Assembly (NCBI GenBank): GCA_051313645.2
Contig: JBNRSN020000089.1
Coordinates: 2,852,001-2,916,000 of the forward strand
Direction: 5' to 3'
DNA: 64,000 nt
Source: Centroscyllium fabricii
Taxonomy: Eukaryota
Position numbers and translations under genes: made by a program. Below the pieces are notes generated by a model. It saw only the letters and a program-made list of their open reading frames with translations. It was not told the origin of the DNA and made no database searches. Shown one piece after another: positions 28,531 through 39,592 of the stretch; position 1 is the stretch's first letter, and every line of letters begins with the position of its first letter.

Positions 28531-30528
28531 CTGTGAACAATACATCAGACAGTTTCCATCTGTGAACAATTCATCAGACAATATCCATCTTTGTACAATA
28601 CATCAGAAAATGTCCATCTCTGAACAATATATCAGACAATATCTATCTGTGTACAATACAGCAGACAAATGTTCATCTGTATACAATACATCAGACAATA
28701 TCCATCAGTGTACAATACATCAGACAATTTCCATCTGTGTACAATACATCAGACAATATCCATCTGTGAACAATGTATCAGAAAATGTCAATCTGTGCAC
28801 TATACATAAGACATTATCAAACTGGGTACAATACAGCTGACATTATTCATCTGTGTAGAATACATCAGACAATAGCCATCTCTGTATAATACATCAGAAA
28901 ATGTCCATCTGTGTACCATACATCAGACATTATCCATCTGTGAACAATACATAAGACAATATCCATCTGTGTACAATAAATCAGACAATATACATCTGTG
29001 TACAATACATCAGAAAATGTCAATCTGTGTACAATACATCAGACAATATCAATCTCTGTACAACACATCAGACATTATCCATCTGTGAACAATACATCGG
29101 ACATTATCCATCTGTGTACAATACATCAGACAATTTCCATCTGTGAACAATACTTCAGACATTATCCATCTGTGTACAATACATCAGACAGTATCCATCT
29201 GTGTACAATACACCAGAGAATGTCCAGCTGTGAACAATACATCAGACAATATCCATCTGTGTACAATACATCAGAAAATGTCCATCTGTGAACAATACAT
29301 AAGATATTATCCATCTGTCTACAATAAATCAGACATTATCCATCTGTGTACAATACATGAGAAAATATCCATCTGTGTGCAATCCATCAGACAATATCCA
29401 TCTGTGTACAATACATCAGAGAATGTCCATCTGTGTACAGTACATCAGACATTATCCATCTGTGAACAATACTTCAGACAATGTCCATCTGTGTACAATA
29501 CATCAGACAATATCCATCTGTGTACAATACATCAGACAATGTCCATCTGTGAACAATACATCAGACAATATACATCTGTGGACAATACATCAGACAATTT
29601 CGATCTGTGTACAATACATCAGACAATGTCCATCTGTGTACAATACATCAGTCAATGTCCGTCTGTGATCAATAAATCAGACATTGTCCCTCTGTGTACA
29701 ATACATCAGGGAATGTCCATCTGTGTACAGTACATCAGCCATTATCCATCTGTGAACAATACTTCAGACAATGTCCATCTGTGTACAATACATCAGACAA
29801 TATCCATCTGTGTAGAAAACAACAGACAATGTCCATCTGAGAACAATACATCAGACAATGTCCATCTGTGGACAATACATCAGACAATGTCGATCTGTGT
29901 ACAATACGTCAGACAATATGCATCTGTGTACAATACAACAGACAATGTCCATCTGTGTACAATACATCAGACAATGTCCATCTGTGAACCATACATCAGA
30001 CAATATCCATCTGTGTACAATACATCAGACAATGTCCATCTGTGTACAATACATCAGACATTATCCATCTGTGAACAATACATCAGACAATGTCCATCTG
30101 TGTACAATACATCAGACATTGTCCATCTGTGTACAATACATCAGATATTATCCATCTGTGTACAATCAATCAGAAAATGTCCATCTGTGTACAATGCATC
30201 AGACAATGTCCATCTGTGAACAATACATCAGACAATATCCATCTGTGTACAATACATCATACAATATCCATCTGTGTACAATACATCAGAAAATGTCCAT
30301 CCGTGTACAATACATCAGACAATATCCATCTGTGAACAATACATCAGCTATTATCCATCTGTGAACTATAGAGCAGACATTATCCATCTGTGTACAATAT
30401 ATCGGACATTGTCCATCTGTGAACAATACACCAGAAATTATCCATCTGTGTACAATACATCAGACAATATCCATCTGTGTACTATAAATCAGACAATGTC
30501 CATCTGTGTACAATCCATCAGACAATAT

Positions 30529-30874
30529 TGTGGTCCACATTGGCACCAACGACATAGGAAAACAGGGGGACGAGGTCCTGCAAAGAAAATTTAAGGAGCT
30601 AGGTAAGAAGCTAAAAAGCAGGACCCCAAAGGTTGTAATCTCTGGATTACTCCCAGTGCCACGAGCTAATGAGTACAGGAACCGTAAGATAGAGCAGCTT
30701 AATTCGTGGCTAAGAGATTGGTGTAGGAGGGAGTGTTTCAGCTTTTTGGACAATTGGTCTTACTTCTGTGGAAGGTGGAACCTCTACATGCAGGACGGAT
30801 TGCACCTGAACCAGAAGGGGACCAATATCCTTGCGGGAAGGTTTGCTAGCCGGGTTGGGGTGGGTTTAAACTAA
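30529..30874 (+). pseudogene. CR1 ORF1 C-terminal SGNH/esterase-like domain (truncated)
   Basis: VVHIGTNDIG...DGLHLNQKG...GLN*. Confidence 0.88.
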
Positions 30875-30897
30875 TTTGGCAGGGGGAGGGGACCCAG

Positions 30898-33761
30898 ATG
30901 GAAGGTATAATGGATAGGGGAACACAACCTAATAAAGGAAAGCAGACTAGACAGCAAAACAAGGTAGTTTTAGGACAGAGAATGAAAGGCATATACTTTA
31001 ACGCAAGGAGCCTGACTAACAAAGTGGATGAGTTAAAGGTATTGGTTGACTCATGGGAATATGATATAGTAGCTATCACGGAGACGTGGCTGAAAGAGGG
31101 GCAAGAATGGCAGCTAAACATTCCGGGGTATAGAATTTTCAGGCGGGACAGGGACGAGGGTAAAAGGGGAGGGGGGGTAGCGATACTGATTAAGGATTCA
31201 ATCACAGCCATTAGGCGGGTCGACCTAATGGACGAATCCTCAAACGAGGCACTATGGGTGGAGGTAAAAAATAAAAAAGGGGGGGGCACCTTACTGGGAG
31301 TATATTATAGACCACCAAACAGTAAAGGGGAGGTAGAGGATAAGATATGTGAACAAATCACGAAGATAAGTGAAAATAATAAAGTAACAATACTAGGGGA
31401 CTTTAATTTCCCGAATATCAACTGGGAGAATCAAAGTGTGAGGGGCACGGATGGTTCAGCATTCTTACAATGCAGCCAAGATAATTTTTTGAAACAATAT
31501 GTTGGGTCACCTACAAGGGGGGGGCGGTACTAGACCTAATACTTGGGAACGAGGACGGGCAGATAGAGGAGGTAACAGTGGGGGAGCACTTCGGGGATAG
31601 CGACCACAATTCAGTTAGTTTCAAAATTGTAATGGAGAAAGATAAAAATGGACCAGGGGTAAAAATACTAAACTGGGGGAAGGCGGATTTCAATAAAATT
31701 AGGAACGATGTAACCGCAGTAGATTGGGGCCATCTCCTCAGAGGAAGATCTGCATCAGAGCAGTGGGAGGCCTTCAGAGGGGAAGTCGGGAAGATACAGG
31801 AGGAACATGTTCCTGCAAAAATTAAGGGTGGGGGAGACAAACAAAGGGAACCTTGGATGTCTAGGGATATATGTAAATTAATGAAGAAAAAAAGGGGGGC
31901 TTTTAATGAATATAAACGGCTAAAAACTGAGGAGGCACTAGGGGAGTATAAGAAATATAGGGGGGATTTAAAGAAGGAGATAAGAAAAGCCAAGAGAGGT
32001 CATGAGATTACAATGGCCGGTAAAATCAAGGATAACCCTAAGGCATTTTATAGTTATATAAAAAACAAAAGGATCACGAGGGAAAGGGTGGGGCCCATTA
32101 AAGACGATAGCGGAAAGCTGTGCGTCGAGCCCGAGGAGGTGGGGGAGGTACTAAATGAATTCTTCTCTTCAGTATTCACAAGAGAGAGGGACGATACCGA
32201 CATCGAAATCGGACAGAATGTAGGGGGGGTAATTGAGGATATTACCATTACAAGGGAAGAAGTTCTAGAAATCTTGGGAGGCTTAAATGTGGACAAATCA
32301 CCAGGGCCGGACGCAATGTTCCCCAGGCTGCTGTTCGAGGCCAGGGAGGAGCTTGCGGGTCCCCTGTCTCAAATCTTCAGGACCTCTCTCGCGTCAGGGG
32401 ATGTACCTGAGGACTGGAGAACGGCTAATGTAGTACCCCTGTTTAAAAAGGGTAGTAGGGACAAACCGGGCAACTACAGGCCAATCAGTCTTACATCTGT
32501 ATTGGGGAAAGTAATGGAAAAAATTCTGAGGGATAAAATCAGTTCGCATTTGGACAACCAAGGTCTAATAAGAGACAGTCAGCATGGCTTCGTCAAAGGT
32601 AAGTCGTGCCTGACCAATCTGTTGGAATTCTTTGAGGAGGTAACAAAGAGGGTGGATGAAGGGAGTACTGTGGACGTAGTGTATATGGACTTTAGCAAAG
32701 CTTTTGATAAAGTCCCACATAGGAGACTAATAACAAAGGTTAGAGCGCACGGGATACAGGGTAACTTGGCACAGTGGATCGAAAATTGGCTGGGGGATAG
32801 GAGACAAAGGGTAATGGTAGAGGGCTGCTTCTGTGACTGGAAACCAGTAACCAGTGGCGTCCCCCAAGGATCGGTTTTGGGACCCTTACTGTTTCTAGTA
32901 TACATCAACGATTTGGATATGGGAGTAGGGGGTACGATCAGCAAATTCGCTGATGATACGAAAATCGGAAGGGTGGTAAACAACGATGAGGATAGTAAGG
33001 GGCTTCAGGAGGATATAGATATAATGGTTAATTGGGCAGAAAAATGGCAAATGGAGTTCAACCCAGAGAAATGCGAGGTCATACAATTCGGTAGACCAAA
33101 TGGGGTAAGGGAATATACCATGAACAACAAAACGTTAAATAGGACCGAGGAACAGAGGGACCTGGGGGTTGCTGGACACGTTAACAAGGTAGTTAAGAAG
33201 GCATACGGAATTCTCGCCTTTATTAACCAGGGCATAGTATACAAAAGTAGGGAGGTAATGTTAAACTTGTATAACACACTGGTGAGACCTCAGCTGGAGT
33301 ACTGTGTGCAGTTCTGGTCACCGCACTACAGGAAGGACGTGGCTGCCCTGGAGAGGGTGCGGAGAAGGTTTACCAGGATGATACCTGGTCTGGGGGACCT
33401 GTGCTACGAGGAAAGGCTGGACAGGCTGGGGTTGTTTGCCTTGGAGAAGAGAAGGTGGAGGGGTGACATGATTGAGGTGTACAAGATCATGAGGGGACAC
33501 GATAGGTTAGACAAAGGTGCATTGTTTCCCCTGGTGGGAGAGTCAAGCACTAGGGGACATAGATTCAAGATCAGGGGGGGGAGGTTTAGGGGGGAGGTAA
33601 GGAGAAATTTCTTTACCCAGAGGGTGGTGGAAGACTGGAACTCCCTGCCTGTGAGGGTGGTGGAGGCAGGAACCATCACAACATTTAAAAAATACTTGGA
33701 CAAGCACATGAAGGACCATAACATACAGGGTTATGGGCCAGGTGCGGGCAACTGGGGTTAG
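30898..33761 (+). pseudogene. CR1 ORF2 (APE-RT), nearly intact
   Basis: Split into ORFs 30898-31533 and 31578-33761 by one frameshift in a G run near 31517-31524. Has a 21-bp in-frame deletion near 33170 relative to copy 1. Confidence 0.93.
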
Positions 33762-33786
33762 TACAGTGAGGAGTTTTTCTGGGCCG

Positions 33787-33854
33787 GTGCGGACTGGATG
33801 GGCCGAATGGCCCTTATCCGCACTGTAAAATTTCTATGATTCTATGATTCTATG
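33787..33854 (+). promoter_or_regulatory. CR1 3' UTR stem-loop and octamer tail (RT recognition element)
   Basis: GTGCGGA...GGGCC-GAAT-GGCCC...TCCGCAC followed by ATTCTATG repeats. Equivalents lie near 9098-9166 and 63909-63968. Confidence 0.8.
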
Positions 33855-35178
33855 AATATCCATCTGTGTACAGTACGTCAGAGAACGTCCATCTGTGTAG
33901 AGTACATCAGACAATATCCATTTGTGAACAATACATCGGACAATGTCCATCTGTGGATAATACATCAGACAATGTCGATCTGTGTACAATACGTCAGACA
34001 ATATGCATCTGTGTACAATACATCAGACAATGCCCATCTGTGTACAATACATCAGACAATGTCCATCTGTGAACCATACATCAGACAATATCCATCTGTG
34101 TAGAGTACATTAGACAATATCCAGCTGTGTAGAATACATCAGGCAATATCCATCTGTGAGCAATACATCAGACAATGTCCATCTGTGTACAATACATCAG
34201 ACAATGTCCATCTCTGAACAATATATCAGACAATATCTATCTGTGTACAATACAGCAGACAAATTTCCATCTGTGTACAATACATCAGACAATATCCATC
34301 AGTGTACAATAAATCAAACAATTTCCATCTGTGTACAATACATCACACAATATCCATCTGTGAATATATCAGAAAATGTCAATCTGTGCACAATACATAA
34401 GACATTATCAATCTGGGTACAATACATCTGACATTATTCATGTGTGTAGAATACATCAGACAATAGCCATCTCTGTATAATACATCAGAAAATGTCCATC
34501 TGTGTACCATACATCAGACATTATCCATCTGTGAACAATACATCAGACAATATCCATCTGTGTACAATAAATCAGACAATATCCATCTGTGTACATTACA
34601 TCAGAAAATGTCCATCTGTGTACAATACATCAGACAATATACATCTCTGTACAATACATCAGACATTATCCATCTGTGAACAATACATCAGACATTATCC
34701 ATCTGTGTACAATACATCAGACAATATCAATCTGTGCACAATATACCAGAGAATGTCCATCTGTGAACAATACATCAGACAATAGCCATCTGTGTACAAT
34801 ACATCAGAAAATGTCCATCTGTGAACAATACATATGATATTATCCATCTTTCTACAATACATCAGACATTATCCATCTTTGTACAATACATGAGAAAATG
34901 TCCATCTGTGTGCAATCCATCAGACAATATCCATCTGTGTACTATAAATCAGACAATGTCCATCTGTGTACAATCCATCAGACAATATCCATCTGCGTAC
35001 AATACGTCAGATAACTTCCATCTGTGTAGAGTACATCAGACAATATCCATCTGCGAACAATACATCGGACAATGTCCATCTGTGTACAATACATCAGACA
35101 ATATCCAGCTGTGTAGAATACATCAGACAATGTCCATCTGTGAGCAATACATCAGAAAATGTCCATCTGTGTACAATA
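33855..35178. repeat. 29-bp satellite array, block 3
   Basis: 29-bp periodicity. Confidence 0.98.
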
Positions 35179-35639
35179 TGTAACCTGGGTCTGAAACCCA
35201 GAGTCAGGGAGAATCTCCCTAAAGGGTTAAAAATCTAGGGATCCAGTGGTCTGAGGTCAGGTGACCTCTTCGGTGCCAGTTTGTCTGGAAGTTTGATCAC
35301 AAGGGGGTTGTTGACCAGGTGTGAGTATGGACAATGTTTCAGACAGGCTGGGCTGCCATGGAAACCAGCACTCGGCTCCGGCCAGTCTGGAAAAACAAGA
35401 AGTCTTGCAGGTGGGGGCTGTGTGCTTGCTTTGCGATAGGCTGGCTAAAAGTGGGGTGAGTTACTGGAGGGTGGAGCCAGGACAGGATAAAAGGCTGGAC
35501 ACGCCTAGAGACAGGATTAAGATAGAGCGCAGGAGGAAGAGAGAAGATTGAGCAGGAGGTTAGATTGAGAAGATCCGGGGAAGATCCAGAAGGAGGTTAG
35601 ATTGAGAAGATCCGGGAAAGATCCAGAGAAGCCATGAGA

Positions 35640-36395
35640 GAGGCAGTTCCAAGAGCCGTCGTTGTTTCCCTTGGGATGAGTAGGCTGTAGTGTACGGTAC
35701 TCATTGCCAAGCCCTGTTCGGACAGTCGTGAGTGGCGGCTACTGAGAGAAGGGCTTGGGGAAGACGAGGTTGCAGGAAGCAGAGGGTGGAGAAGTGTGTT
35801 TGATGCCCACTGCGGGAAGATGCTGGAGGCTTTCGTGTTAAAAGGACTGAGAGACAGTCCCAAGAGCCGTCGTTGTTTCCCTTGAGATGAGTAGGCTGTA
35901 GTGTACGGTACTCATTGTCAAGCCCTGTTCGGACAGTCGTGAGTGGCGGCTACTGAGAGAAGGGCTTGGGGAAGACGAGGTTGCAGGAAGCAGAGGGTGG
36001 AGAGCTGTGTGCGACGCCCATTGCTGGAAGAGGCTGGAGGCTTTCGTGTTAAAAGGACTGAGAGACAGTTCCAAGAGCCGTCGTTGTTTCTCTTGAGATG
36101 AGTAGGCTGTAGTGTACGGTACTCATTGTCAAGCCCTATTCGGACAGTCGTGAGTGGCGGCTACTGAGAGAAGGGCTTGGGGAAGACGAGGTTGCAGGAA
36201 GCAGAGGGTGGAGAGCTGTGTGCGACGCCCACTGCTGGAAGATGCTGGAAGCTTTCGTGTTAAAAGGACTGAGAGGCAGATCCAAGAGCCGTCGTTGTCT
36301 CCCTTGAGATGAGGAGACTGTAGTGTACGGTCCTCATTGTCAAGCCCTATTCGGACAGTCGTGAGTAATAACTTCTGAGAAAAGGGCTTGGGGAA
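35640..36395. repeat. 211-bp tandem repeat (~3.6 copies) inside the solo LTR
   Basis: CAAGAGCCGTCGTTG recurs at 35650, 35861, 36072 and 36283. Confidence 0.93.
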
Positions 36396-36400
36396 CAAGG

Positions 36401-36571
36401 TGTAAGGGTGCTAAAGTGGATGCCTTGCCATTGTAAATTGCTGATTGAAATGTGTTCTGTAAGGGTGCTAAAGCGAGTGCCTTGCCATTGTAAATTGCTG
36501 ATTGAAATGTGTTCTGGAAGGGTGCTAAAGCGAGCGCCTTGCCATTGTAAAGTTCTGATTGAAGTGTGTTC
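36401..36571. repeat. 57-bp tandem repeat (x3) inside the solo LTR
   Basis: TG[T/G]AAGGGTGCTAAAG...TGTGTTC at 36401, 36458 and 36515. Confidence 0.9.
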
Positions 36572-36889
36572 TTGGGAGTGGTTGTGAGCTGAATGAATGT
36601 GTAAATGATTTGTTGTATGACATTAATGCTGCTTTCTATTTGTGTATGCAGTTGCTAGTTGTTTAACACTGTTTGTATTTAAACTCTATCATCCATCCCT
36701 GTTATTAAAGTTTGTAAATAGAAAGTTTGTCTCTGATTCATCTCTCTCAAGATAAAAGCGTTACATTTGGGTGGAGGTCACAGAGTTCTACACGTGGGGT
36801 ACGTTCAGAACCTACGGGGTAATTGGTATTAACCTACCCCCCCATTCTCAGTAAAGGAGAGGGGGGGGGCAATCGTAAAAAGGGTTACA

Positions 36890-37881
36890 AATACATCAGA
36901 CAATGTCCATCTGTGTACAATACATCAGACAATGTCCAACTGTGAACAAAATATCTGACAATATACATCTGTGTACAATACTTCAGACAATGTCCATCTG
37001 TGTACAATACATCAGACAATGTCCATCTGTGTACAATACATCAGACAAATGTCCATCTGTGTACAATACATCAGACAATATCCATCTGTGAACAATACAT
37101 CAGACAGTTTCCATCTGTGAACAATTCATCAGACAATATCCATCTTTGTACAATACATCAGAAAATGTCCATCTCTGAACAATATATCAGACAATATCTA
37201 TCTGTGGACAATACAGCAGACAAATGTTCATCTGTGAACAATACATCAGACAATATCCATCTGTGTACAATAAATCAGACAATATCCATCTGTGTACATT
37301 ACATCAGAAAATGTCCATCTGTGTACAATACATCAGACAATATACATCTCTGTACAATACATCAGACATTATCCATCTGTGAACAATACATCAGACATTA
37401 TCCATCTGTGTACAATACATCAGACAATATCAATCTGTGCACAATATACCAGAGAATGTCCATCTGTGAACAATACATCAGACAATAGCCATCTGTGTAC
37501 AATACATCAGAAAATGTCCATCTGTGAACAATACATATGATATTATCCATCTTTCTACAATACATCAGACATTATCCATCTTTGTACAATACATGAGAAA
37601 ATGTCCATCTGTGTGCAATCCATCAGACAATATCCATCTGTGTACTATAAATCAGACAATGTCCATCTGTGTACAATCCATCAGACAATATCCATCTGCG
37701 TACAATACGTCAGATAACTTCCATCTGTGTAGAGTACATCAGACAATATCCATCTGCGAACAATACATCGGACAATGTCCATCTGTGTACAATACATCAG
37801 ACAATATCCAGCTGTGTAGAATACATCAGACAATGTCCATCTGTGAGCAATACATCAGAAAATGTCCATCTGTGTACAATA
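36890..37881. repeat. 29-bp satellite array, block 4
   Basis: 29-bp periodicity between the two solo LTR copies. Confidence 0.98.
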
Positions 37882-39592
37882 TGTAACCTGGGTCTGAAAC
37901 CCAGAGTCAGGGAGAATCTCCCTAAAGGGTTAAAAATCTAGGGATCCAGTGGTCTGAGGTCAGGTGACCTCTTCGGTGCCAGTTTGTCTGGAAGTTTGAT
38001 CACAAGGGGGTTGTTGACCAGGTGTGAGTATGGACAATGTTTCAGACAGGCTGGGCTGCCATGGAAACCAGCACTCGGCTCCGGCCAGTCTGGAAAAACA
38101 AGAAGTCTTGCAGGTGGGGGCTGTGTGCTTGCTTTGCGATAGGCTGGCTAAAAGTGGGGTGAGTTACTGGAGGGTGGAGCCAGGACAGGATAAAAGGCTG
38201 GACACGCCTAGAGACAGGATTAAGATAGAGCGCAGGAGGAAGAGAGAAGATTGAGCAGGAGGTTAGATTGAGAAGATCCGGGGAAGATCCAGAAGGAGGT
38301 TAGATTGAGAAGATCCGGGAAAGATCCAGAGAAGCCATGAGAGAGGCAGTTCCAAGAGCCGTCGTTGTTTCCCTTGGGATGAGTAGGCTGTAGTGTACGG
38401 TACTCATTGCCAAGCCCTGTTCGGACAGTCGTGAGTGGCGGCTACTGAGAGAAGGGCTTGGGGAAGACGAGGTTGCAGGAAGCAGAGGGTGGAGAAGTGT
38501 GTTTGATGCCCACTGCGGGAAGATGCTGGAGGCTTTCGTGTTAAAAGGACTGAGAGACAGTCCCAAGAGCCGTCGTTGTTTCCCTTGAGATGAGTAGGCT
38601 GTAGTGTACGGTACTCATTGTCAAGCCCTGTTCGGACAGTCGTGAGTGGCGGCTACTGAGAGAAGGGCTTGGGGAAGACGAGGTTGCAGGAAGCAGAGGG
38701 TGGAGAGCTGTGTGCGACGCCCATTGCTGGAAGAGGCTGGAGGCTTTCGTGTTAAAAGGACTGAGAGACAGTTCCAAGAGCCGTCGTTGTTTCTCTTGAG
38801 ATGAGTAGGCTGTAGTGTACGGTACTCATTGTCAAGCCCTATTCGGACAGTCGTGAGTGGCGGCTACTGAGAGAAGGGCTTGGGGAAGACGAGGTTGCAG
38901 GAAGCAGAGGGTGGAGAGCTGTGTGCGACGCCCACTGCTGGAAGATGCTGGAAGCTTTCGTGTTAAAAGGACTGAGAGGCAGATCCAAGAGCCGTCGTTG
39001 TCTCCCTTGAGATGAGGAGACTGTAGTGTACGGTCCTCATTGTCAAGCCCTATTCGGACAGTCGTGAGTAATAACTTCTGAGAAAAGGGCTTGGGGAACA
39101 AGGTGTAAGGGTGCTAAAGTGGATGCCTTGCCATTGTAAATTGCTGATTGAAATGTGTTCTGTAAGGGTGCTAAAGCGAGTGCCTTGCCATTGTAAATTG
39201 CTGATTGAAATGTGTTCTGGAAGGGTGCTAAAGCGAGCGCCTTGCCATTGTAAAGTTCTGATTGAAGTGTGTTCTTGGGAGTGGTTGTGAGCTGAATGAA
39301 TGTGTAAATGATTTGTTGTATGACATTAATGCTGCTTTCTATTTGTGTATGCAGTTGCTAGTTGTTTAACACTGTTTGTATTTAAACTCTATCATCCATC
39401 CCTGTTATTAAAGTTTGTAAATAGAAAGTTTGTCTCTGATTCATCTCTCTCAAGATAAAAGCGTTACATTTGGGTGGAGGTCACAGAGTTCTACACGTGG
39501 GGTACGTTCAGAACCTACGGGGTAATTGGTATTAACCTACCCCCCCATTCTCAGTAAAGGAGAGGGGGGGGGCAATCGTAAAAAGGGTTACA
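37882..39592 (+). mobile_element. Solo LTR (1711 bp), copy B
   Basis: Same ends, TSD and flanks as copy A; no difference noticed by eye. Confidence 0.85.

Larger units (their letters stand above)
9167..30528. repeat. 29-bp satellite array, block 2
   Basis: Continuous 29-bp periodicity, same orientation as block 1. Confidence 0.99.
30529..33854 (+). mobile_element. CR1 LINE copy 2, 5'-truncated in ORF1 (~3.3 kb)
   Basis: Same architecture as copy 1. Tail TTCTATG(ATTCTATG)2; direct repeat AATAT at 30524-30528 and 33855-33859. Confidence 0.97.
35179..36889 (+). mobile_element. Solo LTR (1711 bp), Gypsy- or ERV-like, copy A
   Basis: TGTAACC...GGTTACA perfect 7-bp inverted ends; 4-bp TSD AATA (35175-35178, 36890-36893); no recognisable coding domain. 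GATAAAA at 35486 and ATTAAA at 36704 suggest + orientation. Confidence 0.85.

Noticed and set aside
30506-30874. Satellite-CR1 fusion ORFs (also 63282-63722 and 9046-9615)
   Set aside because: Chance read-through from stop-poor satellite frames into truncated CR1 sequence; no promoter or splice evidence.
35321-36398. Short ORFs within the solo LTR
   Set aside because: They derive from the internal tandem repeats, are under 90 aa and have no recognisable motifs.
35179-39592. Full LTR retrotransposon or TRIM with satellite as its internal region
   Set aside because: Each LTR has its own TSD with identical flanks, and there is no PBS/PPT. The 2703-bp tandem duplication explains it.
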